A DNA stretch of 20,085 bases, taken from Armatimonadota bacterium. GTDB taxonomy: Bacteria > Armatimonadota > SYMT01. Positions 1 through 7,254 of this stretch are shown one piece after another. Position 1 is the stretch's first letter; each line of letters begins with the position of its first letter. A program made the translations under genes and the position numbers. The stretch lies in NCBI GenBank assembly GCA_046292385.1, contig JBKBRF010000075.1, forward strand, positions 1 through 20,085, given 5' to 3'. The notes beneath the pieces are model-generated. The model did no database searches and was not told the origin of the DNA. It saw only the letters and a program-made list of their open reading frames with translations.

Positions 1-118
1 TATAATCGCCGGCGCCTCCATTCGGCGCTCGGCTATCGGCCCCCGGCCGAGTTCGAGGGCGAAAGCCCGCTCACTTAAACCAGGGGTACTGACTGTCCGC
101 CCTCAGGGGGTAAGTCCA

Positions 119-204
119 GTCTCTCCGTCTCTCCGTCTCTCCGTCTCTCCGTCTCTCCGTCTCTCCGTCTCTCCGTCTCTCCGTCTCTCCGTCTCTCCGT
201 CTCC
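119..204. repeat. Perfect octamer tandem repeat (GTCTCTCC)x10 plus partial GTCTCC
   Basis: Read directly: ten consecutive GTCTCTCC units at 119-198, then GTCTCC at 199-204; intergenic, upstream of yhbY. Confidence 0.97.
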
Positions 205-287
205 GAAGCTCGGCGCTTGCGTCCCGAGGGGCTGGTTCGCTAGACTCTGCGAAACGCGTCGGGCGCGGGTGCGCCCAGGGAGATTCG

Positions 288-602
288 ATGCCGCTTTCGA
301 CCAAGCAGAAGGCTTACCTGCGCAGCCTGGGCCAGACTCTGCGCCCGCAGCTCCAGATCGGGCACGGGGGATACAGCGAGGGGGTGCGGACGGCGCTGGA
401 GGACCTGCTGCGGACGCGGGAGCTGATCAAGGGACGGATCCTGAACACCTCCGAGGAGGAGCCGAAAGAGCTGGCGGCGCGCCTGGCCGGGGAAGTGGGA
501 GCGGAGGTTGCGGGGGTCGTCGGCAAGACGTTCCTGCTCTATCGTCCCAACCCCCAGCTCAAGGAGCGGATCGAGCTGCCGCCTGCCCGCGCGCAGGAGT
601 AG
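288..602 (+). CDS. yhbY: Ribosome-assembly RNA-binding protein YhbY (CRM domain)
   Basis: 104 aa; LSTKQKAYLRSLG..L.P.LQIG..G, ELIKGRIL and VGKTFLLYR match the YhbY/CRM pattern; GGGAGA RBS just before the ATG. Confidence 0.93.
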   Translation: MPLSTKQKAYLRSLGQTLRPQLQIGHGGYSEGVRTALEDLLRTRELIKGRILNTSEEEPKELAARLAGEVGAEVAGVVGKTFLLYRPNPQLKERIELPPARAQE

Positions 603-630
603 TGCCGCTCCCCCGCCGAACCTGCTCCTG

Positions 631-1209
631 ATGCGCATTACGGGGGTGACCTGCGACGCCTGCGGCGGGGAGTTCGAGGCGGTGGAGAGCGTTCCACGGC
701 TGACCTGTCCGCTCTGCTCCGTTCCCCTGCGCATGCAGTGGCGGGACGGCACGCTGACGACTCGCCGCGCCGACATCCCGGAGCTGGAGGAGACCCCGAG
801 CGAGCCGGAGCGGATCCGGCTGGAGCTGGAGCAGCTCGAGCTCGACTGGGAGCTGCGACGCGCGGAGCTGCGCGCCGGCGAGGCGGGCCGGCCCCGCATC
901 CACTCCCTGCTGATGGCGCTCGGCGGGACGATCTTCGTCTGCAGCCTGGTCGCCGCCCTCTCCGGCGGCGCCGGACGGACGGGCGTCCTCCCCTACGCCG
1001 TCGCTGGCCTCTTCGTCGGCGGGGTGATCGCCGGATCCGCCGCGCTCGTCTCCGCCGCCCGGCCGGTGCGCTCCCGCCTCTTCGAGCAGGAGCAGGAAGA
1101 GTACCTCACCCGCCGTCTACTCCTCACCGTGCGCCTCCGCCAGGCGGAAGGCCAGCCGTTGGCCGGCCTCCTCACCGCTTCGGAAGCCCCTCCGGACCGG
1201 CTTTCATAG
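631..1209 (+). CDS. Hypothetical membrane protein with N-terminal Zn-ribbon
   Basis: From ATG 631: CDAC...CPLC, a charged helical stretch (ERIRLELEQLELDWELRR), then two hydrophobic segments. The ORF-track start at 508 overlaps yhbY, so 631 is preferred. Confidence 0.7.
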   Translation: MRITGVTCDACGGEFEAVESVPRLTCPLCSVPLRMQWRDGTLTTRRADIPELEETPSEPERIRLELEQLELDWELRRAELRAGEAGRPRIHSLLMALGGTIFVCSLVAALSGGAGRTGVLPYAVAGLFVGGVIAGSAALVSAARPVRSRLFEQEQEEYLTRRLLLTVRLRQAEGQPLAGLLTASEAPPDRLS

Positions 1210-1210
1210 A

Positions 1211-1284
1211 GGTTCCGGGTTCCAGGGTCAGGTTCCAGGTTCGTACCTCTGCCCCCTGTCCCCCGATCCCTGGCTCCTGGCCCC
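1211..1284. repeat. Degenerate heptamer repeats between convergent genes
   Basis: GGTTCCG GGTTCCA GGGTCA GGTTCCA GGTTCG (1211-1243), then CCCCTGT/CCCCGA/TCCCTGG/CTCCTGG-type units (about 1252-1284). Confidence 0.65.
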
Positions 1285-1285
1285 A

Positions 1286-2803
1286 CTACTTGAACAGCGT
1301 CCCCGCCATCGCCTTCTCGATCGTCTGGTTGGTCACGATGGCGAAGATGGTGGAGTAGAAGAGCGCCGCCAGCACCAGCGCCACCCGCTTGGCCATGGAG
1401 GGCCGGAACTCGACTGGCAGGAAGCGGCAGTTCACGTAGAGCGTGTGGAGGATGGTGCAGGTTATCGCCAGGTTCGCCAGGTTGGCGTTGATCACCATCA
1501 TCTTCGGCGCGGAGATCCCGAAGCCGTTCAGCACGAAGCCGGCGGCGACGTAGGAGACCACGAAGGTGTAGTAGATGTACCGGATCTTGCCCGGATCCAT
1601 CGCCCGGACGCGCCGGCTGCCGGACCAGAGCGCGTCGCTCCAGCGGCGGGCAATCCCGTCCAGGGAGCTGAACTGTCCCGGGAACATGATGATGAACCCG
1701 CAGAGCAGCGTGAGGAGCGTGAAGATCTCGCCCTCTTTGCCGCCGAAGTCGAGCGCCAGCCGAGAGGCCGCCTCCCACTCCGCGCCGCGGTTGTTGAAGT
1801 AGTTCCGCTCCAGGTAGGTGGCGCCCAGGGCGCACGGCAGCAGCATGCCGATGAGGCTGCCGATCATCCAGACGCCGAACTGGTCCTTCGCCACGAAGCC
1901 CCACCAGGCTTTGAACCGCTTCACCCCTTCGGCGTCCGGCCGCGCCATGCTGCCGATGTGCGACAGGGTGATGTGCTGGTCCCCGAAGGCGGCCGGAATG
2001 GCGCCGACCTTGGCCCCCATTCCCCAGCCCTTCTCCCGCACGTAGTTGCTGGCGAGGATGTTGCCGAGCCCGCCGATCCCCGCGAAGCCGGCCACGGAGC
2101 CGACGAGCGCCCACTGGATCGTCTCCCCCTCCGGAAGCTGGGGCATCCGGAACGGTGCGACCATTCCCGTCAGCACCTCGGACCAGATGTTCCACGGGAC
2201 GAACCAGAGGCAGCAGAAGGCAAGGTAGCCGAGGACGAAGATCACCTTGCCGCTCAGCACCACCTCCAGCGTGTTGTAGATCTTGCGTCCGAAGCAGAGC
2301 AGGATCCCGCAGGTGAGCAGGATGGCGCAGCTCGTCCAGCGCACCGCCTCCACGCCGGGCGTATCCCGCGTCACGGTGAAGATCAGGATCTGCGCCGCCA
2401 GCCCCGCCAGCGCGGGCCACCAGCCGAGCAGGTCGAGCGCCATGTAGTAGATCAGCCAGAAGCGCGGCCCCGGCTTGCTGCGCATGAAGCCGGTAAACAT
2501 CGGCTCCCCGGTGACGAGGGTGTAGCGCATCACCTCCGTGTTGAGCACCACCTGCGCCAGGATCGCCAGCACCGCCACCCAGAGGAAGGCGCCTTTGTAG
2601 AGCGCCGCCACCCCGGCGCCGACCACCCACTCGCCGGTCCCGATGGTGCTCCCGATCAACACCAGGCCCGGGCCGATGATCGCGAGGAGGTTCTTGCGGA
2701 CGAACGCGACGGGGGCGGGAAACTCGGACATCTCCCAGGCGGGGAGACATCCGGGATCGACGGGCGGCTTCTCTTGCAGGGGGGAGGTGTGTGAGGTGCT
2801 CAA
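1286..2803 (-). CDS. Nramp-like (APC-fold) multi-pass membrane transporter
   Basis: 505 aa with about 11 hydrophobic segments; IGPGLVLIGSTIGTGEW and E.MRYTLVTGEP.FTGFMR resemble the Nramp-family-like proteins common in Planctomycetota. Substrate unknown. Confidence 0.8.
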   Translation of the reverse strand: MSTSHTSPLQEKPPVDPGCLPAWEMSEFPAPVAFVRKNLLAIIGPGLVLIGSTIGTGEWVVGAGVAALYKGAFLWVAVLAILAQVVLNTEVMRYTLVTGEPMFTGFMRSKPGPRFWLIYYMALDLLGWWPALAGLAAQILIFTVTRDTPGVEAVRWTSCAILLTCGILLCFGRKIYNTLEVVLSGKVIFVLGYLAFCCLWFVPWNIWSEVLTGMVAPFRMPQLPEGETIQWALVGSVAGFAGIGGLGNILASNYVREKGWGMGAKVGAIPAAFGDQHITLSHIGSMARPDAEGVKRFKAWWGFVAKDQFGVWMIGSLIGMLLPCALGATYLERNYFNNRGAEWEAASRLALDFGGKEGEIFTLLTLLCGFIIMFPGQFSSLDGIARRWSDALWSGSRRVRAMDPGKIRYIYYTFVVSYVAAGFVLNGFGISAPKMMVINANLANLAITCTILHTLYVNCRFLPVEFRPSMAKRVALVLAALFYSTIFAIVTNQTIEKAMAGTLFK

Positions 2804-2999
2804 TGCGTCTTCCCGGCTGACAGAGTAGGTCGAAAGTGTAGACAGTTACGGCATTCCCTTCCGGTCCTCCTCTTCCGATTTGTGAGGTCAGCCGGCGCGG
2901 CTCAAAGCAAAGGCAGTACACCCTGCAGGGGCGCGGGGGTCACAAACCGAAGTGGTAGCTGCGGATTTCCGCCGATCGATCCACCCGAAAAGATCTCCG

Positions 3000-5348
3000 A
3001 TGCAGTCCAGACGACCTCCACTTCCCGCCCGCCCGCTCGCCGCCGGCCTCACCCTGCTGGTGGCGCTCTCGGGTGCGCTCGCCGCCGCGCCGGCCCGGCC
3101 GCGCCGGGCGCCCGCCCCGGCCCGAAAGGCGGCGCCGGCGCTGACCGGGGAGCAGGTCTACCGGCAGCAGTGCGCCTCCTGCCACGGCGCCAAGGGCGAA
3201 GGAACCACGAAGTACGGCAAACCGCTGGTCGGAACGCAGTCGGTCGGGCAGCTCGCGCAGTTCATCCGCAAGACGATGCCGCCGGGGCCGAAGAAATGCA
3301 GCGCGCCGCACGCGCAGAAGGTGGCCGAGTATATCCACCACGCGTTCTACTCTCCGCTGGCGCAGGCGCGGAACAAGCCGGCGCGGGTGGAGCTCTCCCG
3401 CCTGACGGTGCGCCAGTACCGCCACGCGGTGACCGACCTGATCGGCAGCTTCCGCCCGGCTCCCGCCCGGGATGAGCGCCGGGGCCTGCGAGCGGAGTAC
3501 TTCAAGGGTCGGCGCCTGCGCGGGGAGGACCGCGTCACCGAGCGGATCGATCCGGAGGTCCGGTTCGACTTCGGCACCAACGGCCCGGAGCCGGAGAAGT
3601 TCGATCCATACGAGTTCTCCATCCGCTGGTCCGGGTCGGTCGTCGCGCCGGAGACCGGCGAGTACGAGTTCGTCCTCCGCAGCGACCACGCCGCCCGCCT
3701 CTGGGTCAACGACCGGCAGGAGCCGCTGATCGACGCGTGGGTCCGCTCCGGCTCCGACACGGAGTTCCGCGGCTCGCTCTTCCTGCTCGGCGGGCGCGCC
3801 TACCCCGTGCGCCTTGAGTTCTCCAAGGCGAAGCAGGGCGTGGACGACTCCGACAAGAACAAGCAGCGTCCGGTGCCGCCCGCTTCGGTGGGTCTCCTCT
3901 GGAGGCTCCCGCACCGGGCGGTGGAGACGATCCCCAGCCGAAACCTCCTGCCGGTGGGGATGCCGGAGACGTTCGTCCCCGCAACCCCCTTCCCGCCGGA
4001 CGACCGCAGCGTGGGCTACGAGCGCGGCACCAGCATCTCGAAGGAGTGGGAGTCGGCCACCACCGACGCCGCCATCGAGACAGCGAACTACGTGGTGGAG
4101 CATCTGAACGAGCTCGCGGGCGGCGGGAACGATCCGGCCGAGCGGCAGAAGCGAATCCGGGAATTCTGCCGGCAGCTCGCGGAGCGGGCCTTCCGCCGGC
4201 CGCTCACGCCGGAGCTGGAGCAGCTCTACGTCGACCGGCAGCTCCAGCAGACCGCCGACCCCGAAGTCTCGGTGAAGCGGGTGGTCCTGCTCGTGCTCAA
4301 GTCGCCCCGCTTCCTCTACCGGGAGGTCGGCGCGGAGACGCCGGACGCCTACCAGGTGGCGGCGCGGCTCGCGTTCGGGCTCTGGGACTCGCTGCCGGAC
4401 ACGGAGCTGCTGAAAGCCGCCGCGGCGGGCGAGCTCTCCACCCCGGAGCAGGTGACGCGCCAGGCGGAGCGGATGGTCGCCGACCCGCGGGCGTGGTCGA
4501 AGCTGCGCGACTTCCTCCTCCAGTGGCTGAAGGTCGACCACTCGCCCGAGTTGGCGAAGGACGCCAGGCGCTATCCCGGCTTCGACGACGCGGTCGCCGC
4601 GGACCTCCGCACCTCCCTGGAGCTGTTCCTGGAGCAGACGGCGTGGGGCGAGCGCTCCGACTACCGGGAGCTGCTGCTCTCCGAGCGCTTCCCCCTGAAC
4701 GGACGGCTGGCGAAGCTCTACGGCGTGGACCTGCCCGCCGACGCGCCGTTCCAGCCGGTGGCACTCGACCCGAAGGAGCGCGCGGGCGTCCTCACGCATC
4801 CCTACCTGCTCTCCAGCTTCGCCTACCTGGATGCCAGCTCGCCGATCCACCGCGGGGTGCTGATCGCGCGGAGCCTGCTCGGCCGCACGCTGATGCCGCC
4901 GCCCGAAGCGGTGAGCCCGATCGCCGCCGACGTGCACCCGAACCTCACCACGCGGCAGCGCGTGGACCTGCAGACGAAGCCGGCGGCGTGCCGGTCGTGC
5001 CACGACCTGATCAACCCGCTCGGCTTCACGCTGGAGAAGTTCGACGCGATCGGCCGCGTCCGCGCGCAGGACAACGGTCGCCCGGTCGATGCGACCGGCG
5101 GCTACCAGTCCCGCAGCGGCGCCGAAATCAAGCTCCGGGGCGCCCGCGAGCTGGCGCAGTACCTGGCCCAGAGCGAAGAGAGCCACGGCGCGCTCGTGGA
5201 GCAGCTCTTCCACTACCTGATCAAGCAGCCGGTCCGCGCCTACGGGCCGCAGACGCTGCCGGAGCTCCAGCGCACCTTCGCGGCGAACCAGTACAGCCTC
5301 CGCCGCCAGATGGTAGAGAGCGTCACGGTAGCCGCCCTGGCGCGATGA
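3000..5348 (+). CDS. Secreted c-type cytochrome with PA14 domain and DUF1595/DUF1592/DUF1588/DUF1585-type domains
   Basis: Signal peptide after ATG 3000; heme motifs CASCH and CRSCH; RLTVRQY..AVTDL; PA14-like GLRAEYF...FSIRWSGSVVAPETGEYEF; AFRRPL; LKSPRFLYR; LAFGLWDSLPD; SSPIHRG; INPLGFTLEKFDAIGR. Confidence 0.88.
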   Translation: MQSRRPPLPARPLAAGLTLLVALSGALAAAPARPRRAPAPARKAAPALTGEQVYRQQCASCHGAKGEGTTKYGKPLVGTQSVGQLAQFIRKTMPPGPKKCSAPHAQKVAEYIHHAFYSPLAQARNKPARVELSRLTVRQYRHAVTDLIGSFRPAPARDERRGLRAEYFKGRRLRGEDRVTERIDPEVRFDFGTNGPEPEKFDPYEFSIRWSGSVVAPETGEYEFVLRSDHAARLWVNDRQEPLIDAWVRSGSDTEFRGSLFLLGGRAYPVRLEFSKAKQGVDDSDKNKQRPVPPASVGLLWRLPHRAVETIPSRNLLPVGMPETFVPATPFPPDDRSVGYERGTSISKEWESATTDAAIETANYVVEHLNELAGGGNDPAERQKRIREFCRQLAERAFRRPLTPELEQLYVDRQLQQTADPEVSVKRVVLLVLKSPRFLYREVGAETPDAYQVAARLAFGLWDSLPDTELLKAAAAGELSTPEQVTRQAERMVADPRAWSKLRDFLLQWLKVDHSPELAKDARRYPGFDDAVAADLRTSLELFLEQTAWGERSDYRELLLSERFPLNGRLAKLYGVDLPADAPFQPVALDPKERAGVLTHPYLLSSFAYLDASSPIHRGVLIARSLLGRTLMPPPEAVSPIAADVHPNLTTRQRVDLQTKPAACRSCHDLINPLGFTLEKFDAIGRVRAQDNGRPVDATGGYQSRSGAEIKLRGARELAQYLAQSEESHGALVEQLFHYLIKQPVRAYGPQTLPELQRTFAANQYSLRRQMVESVTVAALAR

Positions 5349-5365
5349 GGAACCCGAACCGTAAT

Positions 5366-5586
5366 TCACCGCAGAGACGCGGAGAGCGCGGAGAGAACCA
5401 GTATTCAACCGCCAAGAGCGCCAAGCTCGCCAAGAGGGATGGGCCTGGCTCGCCTCTCGAGTATCGTACAGCGGCCCTGGCGTTTCTCCTTCGAGTTTTC
5501 CTCTTTGCGCCCTTTGCGTTCTTGGCGGTGAAAAGGTTCGGGTTCTGGTCCGGGTTCTCTCCGCGTCCTCTGCGCCTCTGCGGTGA
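5366..5586. repeat. Nested palindromic intergenic element (A-B-spacer-B'-A'), copy 1
   Basis: A 5366-5399 TCACCGCAGAGACGCGGAGAGCGCGGAGAGAACC pairs imperfectly with A' 5553-5586; B from 5408 ACCGCCAAGAGCGCCAAGCTCGCCAAGAG pairs imperfectly with B' at about 5501-5529. Confidence 0.9.
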
Positions 5587-5679
5587 GTCCGGTTCCGAAC
5601 CGGGATTCGCCGCAACTTCCGCCCGCCTGCGGGCTCAGATCGGTCTGGTGACGTTTCGCCGTGCTGGAGGTGCCTGGAC

Positions 5680-6996
5680 GTGAGCTATCGCAACACTCGA
5701 CGCGAATTCATTCGTGATCTCGGGATCGGGACCGCGGCGCTGCCGTTTCTCCTGAACCTGCCGAGCTTCGCCGCCGCTCCGGAAGGAAAGCGGAAGCAGC
5801 GGCTGGTGGTGATGTTCAGCCCGGACGGCGTGGTGCCGTGGAACTTCTGGCCGGATGAGGAAGGCGCCGGGTTCACGTTCAAGGAGAGCCTGAAGCCGCT
5901 CGAGCCGCTGCGCGACAGGACCCTCATCCTGAACGGCGTCTGCGACCGAGTCCGCGGGGACGGCGATGCCCACATGCGCGGCATCGGCTGCCTGCTTACC
6001 GGCGTGGAGCTCTTCCCCGGCAACATCCAGGGCGGCTCCGACACCCCGGCCGGGTGGTCCAGCGGCATCTCGATCGACCAGGAGATCAAGAACTTCCTGC
6101 AGAAGGACCCGGCGACCCGCACCCGCTTCGGCTCCCTGGAACTCGGCGTGATGGTGCCGGACCGGGCGGACACCTGGACCCGGATGTCCTACTCCGGGCC
6201 GAACAAGCCGGTCGCCCCGATCGACAACCCGTACCAGATGTTCAACAAGCTCTACGGCCGTGCCAAGGACCAGGAGAGCCTGAAGAGCGTGCTGGACGAC
6301 CTGCGGGAAGACCTGGCCAAGGTGCGCGCGAAGGTGGGGAAGGACGACCGCAAGATCCTGGACGAGCACGCCACGCTGGTGCGCGAGATGGAGCAGGAGC
6401 TGGCGAGCGCCGGCAAAGACATGGGGCATCCGGTCCCGCAGCTCGAGGCGGGCATCAAGGAAGAGAACGACAACATCCCGAAGATCAGCAAGCTCCAGAT
6501 CGACCTGCTGGTCAACAGCTTCTCCGCTGACTTCGCCCGCGTCGCCACGCTGCAGTACACCAACTCGGTCGGCCAAGCGCGCATGCGCTGGCTCGGCATC
6601 CAGGAAGGTCAGCACGACCTCTCCCACATGTCGGACAACGACCAGGAAGCCCAGGACAAGCTGACCCGCATCAACAAGTGGTACTGCGAGCAGCTCGCCT
6701 ACCTGGCCCAGCGGCTGGCGGAGACGCCGGAGCCGGGCGGCGAGGGCAGCCTGCTCGACAACACCCTGATCGTCTGGACGAACGAGCTGGGCAAGGGCAA
6801 CTCCCACACGCTGGACAACATCCCGTTCGTGCTGGTGGGAGGCGGCCTCGACTTCAAGATGGGCCGCTCGCTCAGGTACCAGCGGGTGCCGCACAACCGC
6901 CTGCTGCTCTCGCTAGCCCACGGCTTCGGCCACCGGATCACCCGGTTCGGCAACCCGGACTTCTGCGGCGACGGCCCGCTGCCGAACCTCACCTGA
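5680..6996 (+). CDS. DUF1552 (HXXSHH-family) protein, probably Tat-exported
   Basis: GTG start with [18 protein letters not shown] twin-arginine-like signal; [43 protein letters not shown]. Follows a DUF1592/DUF1588 gene, the usual pairing. Confidence 0.88.
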   Translation: MSYRNTRREFIRDLGIGTAALPFLLNLPSFAAAPEGKRKQRLVVMFSPDGVVPWNFWPDEEGAGFTFKESLKPLEPLRDRTLILNGVCDRVRGDGDAHMRGIGCLLTGVELFPGNIQGGSDTPAGWSSGISIDQEIKNFLQKDPATRTRFGSLELGVMVPDRADTWTRMSYSGPNKPVAPIDNPYQMFNKLYGRAKDQESLKSVLDDLREDLAKVRAKVGKDDRKILDEHATLVREMEQELASAGKDMGHPVPQLEAGIKEENDNIPKISKLQIDLLVNSFSADFARVATLQYTNSVGQARMRWLGIQEGQHDLSHMSDNDQEAQDKLTRINKWYCEQLAYLAQRLAETPEPGGEGSLLDNTLIVWTNELGKGNSHTLDNIPFVLVGGGLDFKMGRSLRYQRVPHNRLLLSLAHGFGHRITRFGNPDFCGDGPLPNLT

Positions 6997-7054
6997 TGCG
7001 CCGGCCGCAAACGGCAGAGACCACGAACAGGCGGGGGATCCGCACTTCGGCGCG

Positions 7055-7176
7055 CCCTAACCCCCCAAACCCTCCCCCGTTCGGGGGACAAGCCTTCCCT
7101 GAAGCGGAAGGGGGAGCAGTCTTACTTTACACCGATAGCTCCCCTTTCCTCTCAGGAGAGGGGCCGGGGGTGAGGC
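7055..7176. repeat. REP-like palindromic doublet (CCCC...GGAGAGGGGCCGGGGGTGAGG type)
   Basis: Left end CCCTAACCCCCC is imperfectly complementary to right end GGGGGTGAGG; internal hairpins TCCCCCG-TT-CGGGGGA and CCCCTTTCCT-CTC-AGGAGAGGGG; AGGGGGAGC...GCTCCCCTT flanks an AT-richer spacer. Confidence 0.7.
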
Positions 7177-7254
7177 CGCGAAATCAGCAGGCCGCACCCG
7201 CAGCTCGTTGACGCGAGTGCCCTGAACGGCGACCGTCAACCCCCTAGATCGAGG

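Noticed and set aside
11..120. Assignment to tRNA, SRP, c-di-GMP, glmS or a known self-cleaving ribozyme
   Set aside because: The diagnostic conserved motifs could not be found by eye; kept only as an unassigned candidate.
71..304. 77-aa minus-strand ORF with RRRDGETE repeats
   Set aside because: It is the translation of the octamer array; no other coding evidence.
2879..2946. TTTGTGA...TCACAAA inverted pair in the divergent promoter region
   Set aside because: Only 7-bp arms 54 nt apart; spacing does not fit a CRP/FNR-type site.
5366..5586. Possible CRISPR array (also 17507-17767)
   Set aside because: Units are inverted and nested, not direct repeats with unique spacers; no cas genes.
2940..5615. 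891-aa minus-strand ORF, and similar long shadow ORFs (993-2921, 1445-2794, 4046-5683, 5635-6894, 8755-10404, 11920-13011, 17232-18704)
   Set aside because: They overlap well-supported genes in another frame or strand, are R/G/A/P-rich and lack motifs; expected in high-GC DNA.
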